The position numbers and the translations under genes are program-made. A stretch of DNA of 64,000 nucleotides from Octopus bimaculoides. Taxonomy: Eukaryota. The DNA lies in the NCBI RefSeq assembly GCF_001194135.2, contig NC_068992.1:8406876-8470875 (forward strand), given 5' to 3'. The notes under the pieces are model-generated. The model worked only from the letters and a program-made list of their open reading frames with translations. It did not search any database and was not told where the DNA came from. The stretch's first letter is position 1; the number at the start of each line of letters is the position of its first letter. Positions 1 to 13,724 of this stretch are shown here, in pieces.

Positions 1-135
1 GGCAAAAGGGGTGGACAAAATAAGTACTAGGCTTAAAAGAAAAAATGAGTACTGGAGTCAATTCATTGAACTAAAAATTCTTCAAGGCAGTACCCCAGCA
101 TGACCACAGTCTAATGACTGAAACAAATAAAAGAT

Positions 136-168
<33 letters not shown>

Positions 169-2521
169 NNNNNNNNNNNNNNNNNNNNNNNNNNNNNNNN
201 NNNNNNNNNNNNNNNNNNNNNNNNNNNNNNNNNNNNNNNNNNNNNNNNNNNNNNNNNNNNNNNNNNNNNNNNNNNNNNNNNNNNNNNNNNNNNNNNNNNN
301 NNNNNNNNNNNNNNNNNNNNNNNNNNNNNNNNNNNNNNNNNNNNNNNNNNNNNNNNNNNNNNNNNNNNNNNNNNNNNNNNNNNNNNNNNNNNNNNNNNNN
401 NNNNNNNNNTGTGTGTCTGTGTGTGTCTGTGGGTGTGTGTGTGTGTCTGTGTGTGTGTGTACCAATTCCACCTGCAAAGTCTTGGTCATCCCAGGGTTAC
501 AGTAGAGCAAAACAATTATGAGTCAAAACTTCTGACATCACACTTTATTAAATTACAACTTGGTTTTCTATTGAGGATGTGAAATGCTTTCATTAAAAGG
601 AAATTCATAAACCAGATTACCCAATGTTGTTTTAACACTGAAGAATAATTCAGTCTTTTACTCCTTTGGTGATAAATCTGAATTAATTCTATAAATCTGA
701 ACTAATTCCTTAAATCCATAAATCTGCATTAATTCTATTAACTAATCTAGAAATCGCTTTTCCTGTCACTACACACAGATTAATTGATTGGGTGGTATAA
801 TGTTGAGCAACTTTATATCGTGAATGAAAATTAATATAACATGATGATGACATCTGTCTCTTATATCAGGAAGTATTTGTCAATAAGTCAGACATTCTTT
901 ATTTTGTTACACTGTGTTCCTCCCTTAGGAAACCCCTATGTGATCACAACATTTATTTCCTCTTATTTTTCAATTCTATACAGCATATTAATTTGGTCAT
1001 TATGACCTACATATGTTTCCACTGCACAGACTACAGGCAGTTGCGGCTGCAACCTGGCATGATTTCTGGTGCAGCTTCTTCAGGGAACTTAACTGAGAGC
1101 CACCCCAGATTCTATCTGGATAATATATCCCTCCAAATGCATGTGTGTGTGTGTGGGGGGGGATTTCCTCACAGTGTTCCACAACTTATGTTCATTTGTT
1201 TATAATCCTGTAACTTAGCATTTCAGCAGAAGAGACTGATAAGTAACAAACTTTAAAAAATTAGTAGTGGGTTTAATTTGTTTGGCTAAACCCCTAAAGT
1301 AGTGCTTCAGTATGGCTACTGTTCAATGGCTGAAAGCAAGTAAAATGGAAACAAAAAGAAAAAAGAAAAAAATCTTTAAAACCTAGAATTTTCAAAGAAT
1401 TTGAGCATTAGAAATTTATTAAAGATAGAATATGTTGTAGTCCTGAAGAGACAGTTTTAGCAATATTATGTATGTTAAGAGGCAAGAAAATATGATTTGA
1501 AATGAGATATCATTATTTCCACTGTATGCAGTGAGAGCTGAAACAATGATTAACATATTTATTCTTAATATATCCCAGCAGATTCAAATGTAAATATGTT
1601 AGTTGCTGTTGTGTAAGTCACAGAAGAACAGCTTCTTTTTATGACAACAATGTGTTCTAAGACACCAGTGTTTTGACATGCGTGTCATCAGTCAGAAATA
1701 CCCAGATCTTTAAGCCTAAACAAGCTGGTGGCTTTGTTTATAATTTCAGCAAACTATTTACTGATCAGTGCTGATATCTGCCAACCAATAAAAAAAAAAA
1801 TTGTTATTTGCTCTGTGAGCAGCAAGATCTGAAATGGTGATTTGCATATTTATTCTTAATGCGTTCCAACAGATTTGATGATTTGCAATGTTAATTCACT
1901 AGCAATGCTAATGCCATTAAACACGAAACAATGGTAAAAAATTATTTCACTCTTCATCCATAATAAATTTACAGCTTATGTGTAAGTTGCAAAATCATTC
2001 CATAATTAACATTAACAGCTGTTAGAACCTGATTTCGATTTTCATTCAAAGTCACTTCACATTATTTATATTGCTAATAACCTTCATCTTAATTAAAAGC
2101 AAATGTCAAATTTTTGCTATACACTAACTGCTAAAGAAATAAGTGAATTTAGGAAATCATAACAATCACCTAACTCTAAGGCTGAGTCCTCCCTTTAGCA
2201 ATCACATTTCTCTGTCAAGTGTAATTGCTTATTTATTCACATAGTTTTGAATTAATCAGGGCCGCTGGACTGGCTCCTGTGCAGGTGGCACGTAAAATAC
2301 ACCATTTCGAGCGTGGCCGTTGCCAGTACCACCTGACTGGCCTTCGTGCCGATGGCACGTAAAAGCACCCACTATACTCTCGAAGTGGTTGGCGTTAGGA
2401 AGGGCATCCAGCTGTAGAACCTCTGCAAGATCAGACTGGAGCCTGGTGTAGCCACCTGGTCCACCATTCCTCAGTCAAATCATCCAACCCATGCTAGCAT
2501 GGAAAGCGGACGTTAAACGAC

Positions 2522-2554
<33 letters not shown>

Positions 2555-2980
2555 AATTGTTTATTTTAAGACTGACATTGTAAGGTAGGTGTGAGAAGTC
2601 AGATCTAGCTGGTTTGAACATAAAACATGTAGAATATATGGTTGGTTTAAATGCTAAAGGGTTAAAAGCACTGATTTATTGTGTAGGTAACAATGCTGTT
2701 GGTGTCAGAAAAAGATCACTTGCATTTCTATAATCACCATCTCTGATCTGGTATTTATAAAAGTTAATCAATTAAAAAGTTTCTAGATAACCACATGATC
2801 TCTTGTAATTATATATATATAATGGATAGCCTACTTACGAATTAGCTGATAGGTGAATTCACTGAAAATATTATTGCTCTAGACAGTTTACACACACACA
2901 CACTCATACACACATGCACAAAGAAAGATACATACACGTAAAAATACTGAGACATAAATATATGCATATATATGTGCATA

Positions 2981-3018
<38 letters not shown>

Positions 3019-3043
3019 CACACATATTCTTATATAAATTCAA

Positions 3044-3081
<38 letters not shown>

Positions 3082-3379
3082 TAAAAAGAAATATAATGAA
3101 AACTAGACGTGATTGTTAATGGCATCAAACCACTTATTAGATAGTTATTCAGATACAAGTTAAAATATATAATTAAACAGAAAAACGAAAAAGGAAAATC
3201 AGGAAAGCAACGGTTCATAGTAATTCTTCATATCTTTAAAGTTCATACTTTAATATCATAGATAAAAGAAAGGAGAATCCAAGTAGTTCATCATAGTGAT
3301 TCTTCACAGAAAGGTAGGCAAATGTCCAGAGATCATACTGAAACCTCTTACATAAGTAAAAGATAAAGATATATATATA

Positions 3380-3621
3380 TAGGAAAAAGTATGATAAACA
3401 CAAGAGGCATTTGTTCCTTACATATGTTTCATCATTGCAGGTATTTGCATCTGATGCAGTAAATGTTCACAGTGCATTTGGAATCTGTTATTACATCATA
3501 ATGTAATAGCATGCTCTCCTGAAAAAATCCACATGTAGCGGATGCAAATAACCACAATGGTGAAACATGCATAAGGAACAAATGGCATAAACTGCCTCTT
3601 GTGTTTACCATACTTTACCTA
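3380..3621. repeat. Fold-back element with about 70-80-bp inverted arms
   Basis: 3380-3451 vs the reverse complement of 3541-3621 (aaagtatg.taaacacaagaggca..tttgttcctta...tgtttca.cattg..g.tatttgcatc). Confidence 0.8.
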
Positions 3622-4224
3622 TACTCTTTTACTTGTTTCAGTAAAAGAGTATCCTATGATCACAAGTCCAGCACTGAACCACATGCCTTCATATATTTGT
3701 GGGTGTGGTGTGTGTTTGTGTGTGTATATGTATCTGTATACATGTGGCTGTGTGTGCACTTTACTGTCTCTAAATGCATTGCTATCAAATATTGTTGTAT
3801 ATTTGTCTTATTCCTGACTTTAGAATGCTTGATGTGTATTCCTCTGCATGCATGAGTGTGTGTGTGTGGTGGGGGGTGGCTTTCTCTCAGTTTTCTAAGC
3901 CTGTCAAAAATATCTTTAAAAATATTATGAATGCTTGTCTTGTCCTACTGACCCATTGGGAATAAATTGCACTACAGACTCAAAATTCAAAACAGTTATT
4001 TTGTTGAAGTTTCAAAATTTTATTTTTTAATCTGTCATTTTATTTCATTTCAGTTAATCTTAAATATTAAGATTACATTTATTGTCATGCTTTGTTGTGT
4101 CTTTTTGTTTTTATTCTTATTGCTATTTTACTTCATAGTTAAATTGACAATTCTATTTCAGTTGAAATGATAATTTTATTTCAGCTTTGCTTTAATCTAT
4201 TTTATGTGTTTGTTTAAACATTTG

Positions 4225-4269
<45 letters not shown>

Positions 4270-4778
4270 TGGGTATTGGGGGTGGATATCAAGTTCATAC
4301 AGTCACCTGTAACAATGTTGCTATAACTAATCAAATAAGCAAGTCTTCACATTTACTAGTCATTTGTTAATGGAATCTAGCATTTATAATTTCATAATAG
4401 AATATGTAAATTCATAAATCTTACATTCACTCTGTTTTAATTATCTACAATAAACATTATTAGTGATGCCAACCAAGATATCAAATGCAATCAACTATAA
4501 GTCTAAATAACCAATGAATACCACACAAACATCAAAGCTTGTTTCAAGTATTGAACTTTGTTTCAAAACCAGGCCAACACAGCACAACATAATACTGAGC
4601 CAACAGAAGAGCCCTTACACCATGGCTTGACATGCTAGGCAAAACTGCTAAATGCCCCGCAAATCTTAGAAAATACATCGTATGATATGACAAGAAAAAG
4701 AGGTGGGAGGTCCTGGTTGGAACCCCTTTGGTCATAGATATGCTCAGTCAGGAGCGAAGTGAAAAAACATTATAATAT

Positions 4779-5189
4779 ACTCTTTACTCTCTTTTACTCT
4801 TTTACTTGTTTCAGTCATTTGACTGTGGCCATGCTGGAGCACCGCCTTTTAGTCGAGCTAATCGACCCCAGGACTTATTCTTTGTAAGCCTAGTACTTAT
4901 TCTATCGGTCTCTTTAGCCGAACCGCTAAGTTATGGGGACGTAAGCACACCAGCATCGGTTGTCAAGCGATGTTGGGGGGACAAACACAGACACACAAAC
5001 ATATACACACACATACATATATATATACATATATACGACGGCTTCTTTCAGTTTCCGTCTACCAAATCCACTCACAAGGCTTTGGTCGGCCCGAGGCTAT
5101 AGTAGAAGACACTTGCCCAAGTTGCCGTGCAGTGGGACTGAACCCAGAACCATGTGGTTGGTAAGCAAGCTACTTACCACACAGCCACT
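4779..5189 (-). mobile_element. SINE family A, full-length, probably young copy (tRNA head, internal TA/TG microsatellite, (GAGTAAAA)n tail)
   Basis: A box TGGCTGTGTGG, B box GGTTCAGTCCC, repeated tail. Many more degraded copies, approximately: 1-135, 1216-1350, 14905-15265, 25370-25640, 25770-25930, 33977-34420, 36950-37012, 45820-46030, 59270-59720, 60765-61310, 62140-62335. Confidence 0.88.
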
Positions 5190-6250
5190 AGTGATATAAA
5201 CAAGAGTGCATTTTGCACCAAATGCCAATATGAGAGTTTCTGCTGCAGTATCTACCGCAGTATAATTTGTTCTAAAAGAACTTCCATGTCTAAGTGAGGA
5301 TAAATATTACCTCTCAATATTAATATTGCCTTTGTTACTAATATATATATTTTTAACAAAAATAAACACCATTTCATTAAAATGTGAGGAACAATGAATG
5401 AGCGATTCCTCCATTTGGAAAAGGAGCTGTATGCCTTACTACTACTTGAACCCTTTACTCCCTATGGAGTATAGGTCATCAATGACTTTTCTTCCCCATT
5501 CACTACTCCTTTCTGCTTCTCTCCAGTTAGAGTTGGATCCTTATTTTTTCAGCTCTGCCTCCATTTCCTCGTGGATTCTGCTGCCCCATGACATATGTTC
5601 CCCTAAGGGAAGGTTTTCCTGTCTCACGTTTTGTTGGTTTTGAACTGTAATCCATGTTTCTGTAACTTTACACACACACACACACATATAATGTGCATAC
5701 AAATACACACACACACACACATATAATGTGCATACAAATACACACACACACACATGTATATATTTATAAACATACAGTAAATACATACATGCAAACATAG
5801 AAAGAAATAACCATACATTACCTCATACTCAGAGGACTGTGCTAAGCTCCAACAACTGGTGACTGTCAGGTAACTTCCCATTAGCATAATAATTGGTTAC
5901 ATTATATACATAAGTTCTGTTCTTTTCAGAGGCACATAATGGATCATAATTATATACATAAACATATATAAGCATAATTGAATATAGATTGATATGACAC
6001 ACTGATTGAGAAACCCAGTTGCTGCTTGTAATGTTCATGTTGTGTTGTTACTCTTCATTATGTTCTGACTATGAACTTCATTTACATTTATATTTAATAG
6101 CTATATTCGTGTCTGTCTAAATTATCCTACAGTCATCATCAATTAATTGTTTTATAAAATTTATTGTTGTCTAGATGCTCTCCTTTTTAAACACAACTGT
6201 CCATTACTGACTGATTGGTAATTAATTTAAACACATCTGTTCTCTCATAG

Positions 6251-6338
6251 GTTACTTCCTGTTCGCTTCTGAAAAGTATAGCATTTTTGAAGGTGGTGGT
6301 GTACTGGAAGTTGATGTTCTTTTTGCGAGAGCTTTACA
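6251..6338 (+). CDS. NCX: NCX-like exon, Calx-beta strands A-B: (G)[28 protein letters not shown]
   Basis: ctctcatag|gttac ... ttaca|gtaagt; 88 nt, phase 1 to 2. FxFxxxxYxxxExxGxxxVxV is the Calx-beta start pattern. Confidence 0.85.
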
Positions 6339-9300
6339 GTAAGTAACAGCTTTTAACTCTTAATGCAGGACTTAATCAAGGGCATTTATGCTCTCTTGCA
6401 GTGAGTGAACAAAAGGATGGTAGTATGGGATGTTATCTCTTGTATTGCTTTCTATAAATAAATACAATAAAATCCTAATCACTTTCTTTCTTGTTCTCCT
6501 CCTTGTTATCCACATATAAAGTAAAACCAAACTATATATGGCTTTTGAAAGTATACTAGCATCTCATAGGATTGAATTTTTTTATAATTTCAACAGTTTG
6601 TCACAGAAGATGTGGGAATGATTTGGTCAATATTTCATGGGTCTTGTATTGTGAAAAGGTTAGAAACTACCGACTTAGAACTCTTTGAGTCATTGGCTGT
6701 CATTCATATTGGAGGACAAATGTCTGTTTGATGCCAACTCATGTAAATTATGCCTGTACCATTTAGCTTTGTATCTGTTGTCAATGAGAGCTGTCTGGAA
6801 TGATATTATGAGATTTCAAGAGATTTCTAAACTACTGAGCTCAAGGTGTTTGCCAATGTATTATGTTGAATATTTATTAGATCTAGAAATATTGAATATG
6901 ATATAGACTTGCATCTCATCTGGATGAGGAGCAGTTATTTCTTATTCTTTTAATACTGTAATAAAACATACGTAGCTACATAATAAAAAATCATCTGGTA
7001 CTTAGAGGCTGAGTGCAATAGAAGAGTGTAGCTATTCATTCAAGTGTGTACTAACTGTCCTCAATAGAATATTTATCAGCAATTTCCCTTCACTTATAGT
7101 AGGTTAAATGGAGGATTATGTCTCCGTAATTAATAAAAGTTTGTCTAATATAAAGGATTCTTGTTAGTGTTATCTTGCTTCAAGATGTACTGGACCAGAT
7201 GGAATTAAATGCCAATGCTATAGTGCCAGTAATGGAATGTGAACCATTGTCTCATCTGCCAATGGCCCCATATTTTATTGGCTCCCATAGCTTTAACCCT
7301 ACATCCCTGCATAGAATTGCATGTATTCTCTTCTTCGGCCCTTCTGTCATATTTTCATATCCCTCAATACTATACCTCATTCGGTTGAGGTATCTTGTCT
7401 TTCAAGTCCTTAGCAACTTCATTAGTATTGGTTCCACAAAATAAAGCACACAGAAAATTCTGTTAAGTGGTTGGTGTTAGGAAGGGCATCCAGTTGTAGA
7501 AACCATGTCAAAGCAAATACTGGACCTCAATGCACTCCCTCTCGCTCGTCAATTCTTGTTGAACCATCCAACCCATGCCAGCATGGAAAACGATATGTCA
7601 AATGATGATGATGATGATGACAGGAATGCATTGGAGAAACATAACCCTTTGCGCTGTCCACAGTAAATTACTGCTACACAGTGAATGTAGTGCAGAAAGT
7701 TGATACTGAAACTGAATGGGAATTTTAATTCAGCTTGTAAAGAAACAAAACTATATATCATAATTTAATTATCATGCTGATACACTAACATCAGAATTAA
7801 CTACAGAAGAGTGATAAATGGGGATTAGGAAATATTTTTAGAAGTCAACTAACGATACTTTCAGACAAAACAAGCAACGGAGGCATCTTCAAACATTTCT
7901 GGAATCTTAGTCATTAACTGAAGTATATTTTTCGTCATTGTTTGTTGATAATTTTGTAACTAGTTTAGACACGTTTGTAAAATTTTGGTGTTGGGAAATG
8001 TGATTAATTGATAATTTAATTACAAAAGGGTGCTAACAATATATTTTATAATAAAAAGGTGGCTTCCAATGTATTCAACATCTAAAATCACTAGAGAAGA
8101 TTTAAATACAGTGACTAACTAAGAAACAATATTATGGGTTAGCTAATATTACTTAGACAATTAAATTAAATTACATTTTCTGTGTTTTTTACTTACAAAC
8201 ATTTCTATATTGTAAGTTAGTTACTGCATGAAAAGCAAGTCCCAGCAAAGACTATAATTCCACTGATGATGACTAAAAAAGCAGAAACATTTGAAGTTCT
8301 CTCTCTTGCTTGCTCCACCTATGAATATTATTAGCTGACACCCTAATATTTTTCATACTCATGTATTTAACCCCAATGGGGTTATTTCTGTTATTTAATA
8401 TATCGGATTTAATTAAACCCACCTTTTTATTAAATAATTTAATGTTTTTATTCCACTGATCTCATCCACTACTGAAATAAACTACCGTTGGTTAGTTGGT
8501 TGGTTGGTAGTGCTATAAAAACTATCAGTGAGGCTAAATAATCACATTTTTATCTCTTTCTCTTCCAGAATTCCTGAAAGAAAAAAAGCCGTAAGTTTTG
8601 ACTATTCATACTTTCATTTTATTAAGGATTATATGTCTTACTTTGCTTAAAAAAAAACAACATGCTTTTAATGCAATCAGAAGCTATCAAATTAGGTCTA
8701 ACTAATTGGGGAACATCTAAATTTTGAATATGTATTCTACAAGAGAGCAATTTCAAATTGAACTATGGACAGCAATATTCCAGTTAGCTTTTTAATGATA
8801 CTGATTATAAAATATTGTCCACACTATTAGACAAGGCTCTCTCTTTAGTGTTTTAGAACATGACCTTTAAGCCAAGTATTGAGAAGAAGACCCATCAAGC
8901 CAAGTAAAATGGCTCTTCCCATGGACCGCAAATTAAATTTGTATACACAAATTAAATTTGTATACACAAATTAAACCTGTGCCATGGAGGAATGTAGTGG
9001 CGGACAAAAAACAAGACAGGAAAACAAACGGAAAAGAAAACAAGACAGGTAAACAAACGGAAAAGGCTATGCGGCCAGACGTGAAAAATTATGTGTATAT
9101 GAACGCTGTGAGGCACGAACTGAATGCCGAAGTAAGTTCACGTGTTTGCTCGGTGATAGCCAAGGAAGAAAAGGATTAGTGACCAGAAGCATGTGACCAA
9201 GGAGGGGTAAGGAAGAGAGAGAGTGGTAGAGGGAGAAACAAGGGGAGGAAGTAGAAGAATAAGTGAGCAACGGAGGAAAGAGAGGAATATAGTAGTAACA

Positions 9301-12300
9301 GAAGGAAGAACGAGAGGGGAAAGAGAGATACGTAGTAGTAACAGAGGAAGAACGAGAGGGGGAGAAAGTGATATAGAAAGAGATAGAGTCGCGTCAGAAA
9401 ATATAAGGTTGAAAAAACTACTTACAAAAAGAATGACGCAGGCGTTCGATCATGTAAAACAAATAATAAATGAGTATATGCATATATACGTACAGGTATG
9501 TGCATACCTACGTCTACCTGTATAAATAGGTGCATATCTGGGTACAAGACATATATATATATATATATATATATGACAAATAATAAATGAGTATATGCAT
9601 ATATACGTACAGGTNNNNNNNNNNNNNNNNNNNNNNNNNNNNNNNNNNNNNNNNNNNNNNNNNNNNNNNNNNNNNNNNNNNNNNNNNNNNNNNNNNNNNN
9701 NNNNNNNNNNNNNNNNNNNNNNNNNNNNNNNNNNNNNNNNNNNNNNNNNNNNNNNNNNNNNNNNNNNNNNNNNNNNNNNNNNNNNNNNNNNNNNNNNNNN
9801 NNNNNNNNNNNNNNNNNNNNNNNNNNNNNNNNNNNNNNNNNNNNNNNNNNNNNNNNNNNNNNNNNNNNNNNNNNNNNNNNNNNNNNNNNNNNNNNNNNNN
9901 NNNNNNNNNNNNNNNNNNNNNNNNNNNNNNNNNNNNNNNNNNNNNNNNNNNNNNNNNNNNNNNNNNNNNNNNNNNNNNNNNNNNNNNNNNNNNNNNNNNN
10001 NNNNNNNNNNNNNNNNNNNNNNNNNNNNNNNNNNNNNNNNNNNNNNNNNNNNNNNNNNNNNNNNNNNNNNNNNNNNNNNNNNNNNNNNNNNNNNNNNNNN
10101 NNNNNNNNNNNNNNNNNNNNNNNNNNNNNNNNNNNNNNNNNNNNNNNNNNNNNNNNNNNNNNNNNNNNNNNNNNNNNNNNNNNNNNNNNNNNNNNNNNNN
10201 NNNNNNNNNNNNNNNNNNNNNNNNNNNNNNNNNNNNNNNNNNNNNNNNNNNNNNNNNNNNNNNNNNNNNNNNNNNNNNNNNNNNNNNNNNNNNNNNNNNN
10301 NNNNNNNNNNNNNNNNNNNNNNNNNNNNNNNNNNNNNNNNNNNNNNNNNNNNNNNNNNNNNNNNNNNNNNNNNNNNNNNNNNNNNNNNNNNNNNNNNNNN
10401 NNNNNNNNNNNNNNNNNNNNNNNNNNNNNGATCGTTGCCAGTGCCGGTGAACTGGTTCCTGTGCAGGTGGCACGTAAGATACACCATTTTGAGCGTGGCC
10501 ATTGCCAGTACCGCCTGACTGGCCCTCGTGCTGGTGGCACGTAAAAGCACCCACTACACTCTCGGAGTGGTTGGCACGAGGAAGGGCATCCAGCTGTAGA
10601 AACTCTGCCAAATCAGATTGGAGCCTGGTGCAGCCTTCTGGCTTGCCAGTCCTCAGTCAAATCGTCCAACCCATGCTAGCATGGAAAGCGGACGTTAAAT
10701 GATGATGATGATGATGATTAACCCTCTAACTGCTAAATTAAATTTCATGTTTATTTCAGTAATGATGTTAAATATTGTGGGTGTATTTGATTTATATTAT
10801 TTGTTAAATATTGTGGATTTATTTTATTTGTTTGAAATACTTTAATCACATGACCATAAACTACCAAATGACTCATCAATGTTCCTTCCCTTGAGCCTTT
10901 GTGGCTGGTTGATCACCTAGAAATGGTAGCTGAATTTCTATCTAAATGAAGAAAATATTGGAAAATGTATTCCTACACACACTATGCCTTGATAAAAAGA
11001 AACATAATAACCCTGATTGGCTTACCTCTGATCATAGATCCAACCCATCAGAAGTTTAGCCTAACACTCACCCAATCAAGGGTACATCCTACTGATTATT
11101 TTTGTTTACTTCTAGAACATCAGCCCCACATTAAGCCTTCATACTAACCTAGGGCTAATCAAGAACAATGTTTACTTATACCAGGCTGATCTTTCTGAAT
11201 TGACGGGCACCACTTGTCATTTATGTTTTATGTAATGTTTTTGGCACCGAAACACTTTCAAACTTCATATACTTGTATATTTTGTGTTATAGAACAGATA
11301 AAATTTTTGTATTCGAAGTTATTTCATGTAAAAAATTGTCGTATTTCGGTAATTTCAACCAATCACTGACGTCTATTGAGGTGAAAACAATTACTGCTAT
11401 GAAATAGAAGGCTAAGAGAAAAAGATGTTTTATATGACACATTCTACCAGTATCCCAAGTTTGAAAGTGTTTTCTTAAGAAAACAAGTGGTGCCCATCAA
11501 TTCAGAAAAATCCTACCAGGCTGATGTTTTTCTACATTTGATTATTTTTAATGAAGGACTTAGCACAGTAGGTCTGATTTATGTGGACCCTGAAACATTC
11601 CTGGTTCCCTTTTTACAAGAAATCAGCCAGGAGAGTTTCAGTATTTCTCCTAAATGCCAGAGACAGGACATAAATTCAACTCTTTAAACTGAGATCCTGA
11701 CATTTATACAATTTTCATGACCCTTTAACCATTAGAAGAATACCTACAGTATTAAATAGCTCTCACATTACATGCAATTTTGATCCTTCCATAACTCATA
11801 TCTTCTATTAAATCACATATTGAACAAATCCACAACCCCTCTCAGGCCAATCCTATTGGTTCTTCATTAATATTTTTATAAATAATTCAACTCCAACACC
11901 ATTATTACAAGAGCTGCTCTCATTTTCAATATCTCTAACTTGTTTATAGATGACAAATATCTGCTTTAAACAAATGTGTATGTGTGTGTATGTGAGAGAG
12001 AGAGAGAGATAGAGACAGAGAGAGGTGGAGGGATGAGAGAATATTTGAAGTTATGATAGATTTTAAACAATAAATGTGAGATACTATAAAATCCGATAAA
12101 GATTTACATTAACATAGACTACAAAACAATTTGCATTTTTAGTAATTTGAATGAAACAAATCTGTTTTATTTCCTTTAACAGGTATTTCGAGAAGATGAA
12201 TACAGAAAGCAGATCAGTGTAGATATTCTCAGTGATGGATATACCACCAACACCATTGATTTCTTCCTGATATTAAAGAATCCTTCTGGCAATGCAGGTC

Positions 12301-12656
12301 TCGGGGATCCTTCTGTGGCTCATATCATCGTTATTGGTCGACATGGTAAGAATGTTATGATTCATTCAAATACTAATCTGCATTTATTTATTTTTTTATC
12401 ATTCTCCAGATCTTTGCTTTTCATAATGATGGCTTCTTAGTGCTACTTTGTCAGTCCCACCAGGCATTACATTGAGAATGGCCAACTAAAATTGAAGACA
12501 GAGATGTCTCATTCTCAGTAGCATCAATACTAGGGATCAAAAGCCAGACAGCTGCTCTGACAATGATCACACTCGGACAGTGCTGTTAGCACTCCACTGG
12601 CACAGGTGCCAGTCATCGAATTTGGTTCAATTTCGATTTTGATTTCATAAATGATG

Positions 12657-12692
<36 letters not shown>

Positions 12693-13433
12693 GTCATTAG
12701 CACTTGAGACAAAGTGAATGCTTAGCAGCATTTCTTCTGGTTCTTTACATTTTGAGTTCATTTTATCCTTTGAGGATCAGTAACATAAGCTCCAGTTGAG
12801 CACTAGAATCAATGTAATTGACTAACCCCTCCATCAAAAATTGTTGGCCTGGTACCAAAATTTGAAACTATTAAAGGCAGTGAGCTGGCAGAACCATTTG
12901 TATGTCAGAGAAAATCCTTAGCAGCGTTTCCAAAGGCTCTTTACATTTTGAATTTAAATGCTGTTGTGGCCAACTTTGTCTTTCATCCTCTCCAGGTTAA
13001 TGAAATAAAGAACCAGTCAAGTACTGGAGTTGTTGTAATCACTTAAAATTGCTGACCTTATGCCAGATTTTGAAACCATTGTTATGATTTTTAAAAAATT
13101 ATTTTATTTCCTAGAGCCAGGAGAATTCTTGTTTGAATCAGCGTATTGCCATGCAGATATGAAAAAGGGGAGTGTTACAGCAATTGTTCATCGTGAAGGT
13201 GGTTTTGACAGCACTGTCTCAGTGCAGTATCAAACGATGTAAGTTGTTAAATGCTAATATATTATAAATTAAGCCTTAAAAACCATTTCTTTAATTTTCA
13301 ATATTTTAAATATCAAATATTGTGTCAATTAATGTCCTAATCATAGAATTTTGTTTTGTTTAATCATTATTTTCTTCTGATTAACTTTATTATTACCAAT
13401 ATACTATTCTATACACCACCAAAAAAGTATTAT

Positions 13434-13464
<31 letters not shown>

Positions 13465-13479
13465 CTTGATACTTGAACA

Positions 13480-13546
<67 letters not shown>

Positions 13547-13675
13547 GTATGTATATATGCCTGTTCAAGTATCATAATAGCATGAAACTATTAATAGCTC
13601 TTTCAAATGTGTATTTAAATTGATATTTATTTCTCATTGGATGGACTTTTTTGTTGATTCTACCTCTATTGGATC

Positions 13676-13724
<49 letters not shown>

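Noticed and set aside
3505-3580. Hammerhead-like CTGAAAA...ATCC.C/GCGGAT...GAAAC in the fold-back element
   Set aside because: Core spacing is wrong and there is no stem I complementarity.
6369-6400. AG...GTGAGT-bounded 32-nt segment just after exon 6251-6338
   Set aside because: It would need a 30-nt intron, which is too short, and read-through from the exon hits TAA.
6597-6658. [20 protein letters not shown], faintly Calx-beta-like, with AG/GT ends
   Set aside because: Wrong phase: joining it to the phase-2 upstream exon gives TGA, and the upstream exon already encodes this strand.
7175-7444. Minus-strand coding-like stretch, possibly an old LINE C-terminus
   Set aside because: It has several stops and no motif I can assign with confidence.
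8857-8903. Possible small exon [15 protein letters not shown] after the microexon
   Set aside because: The phase-0 start fits, but there is no homology and the splice signals are ordinary. It cannot be distinguished from chance.
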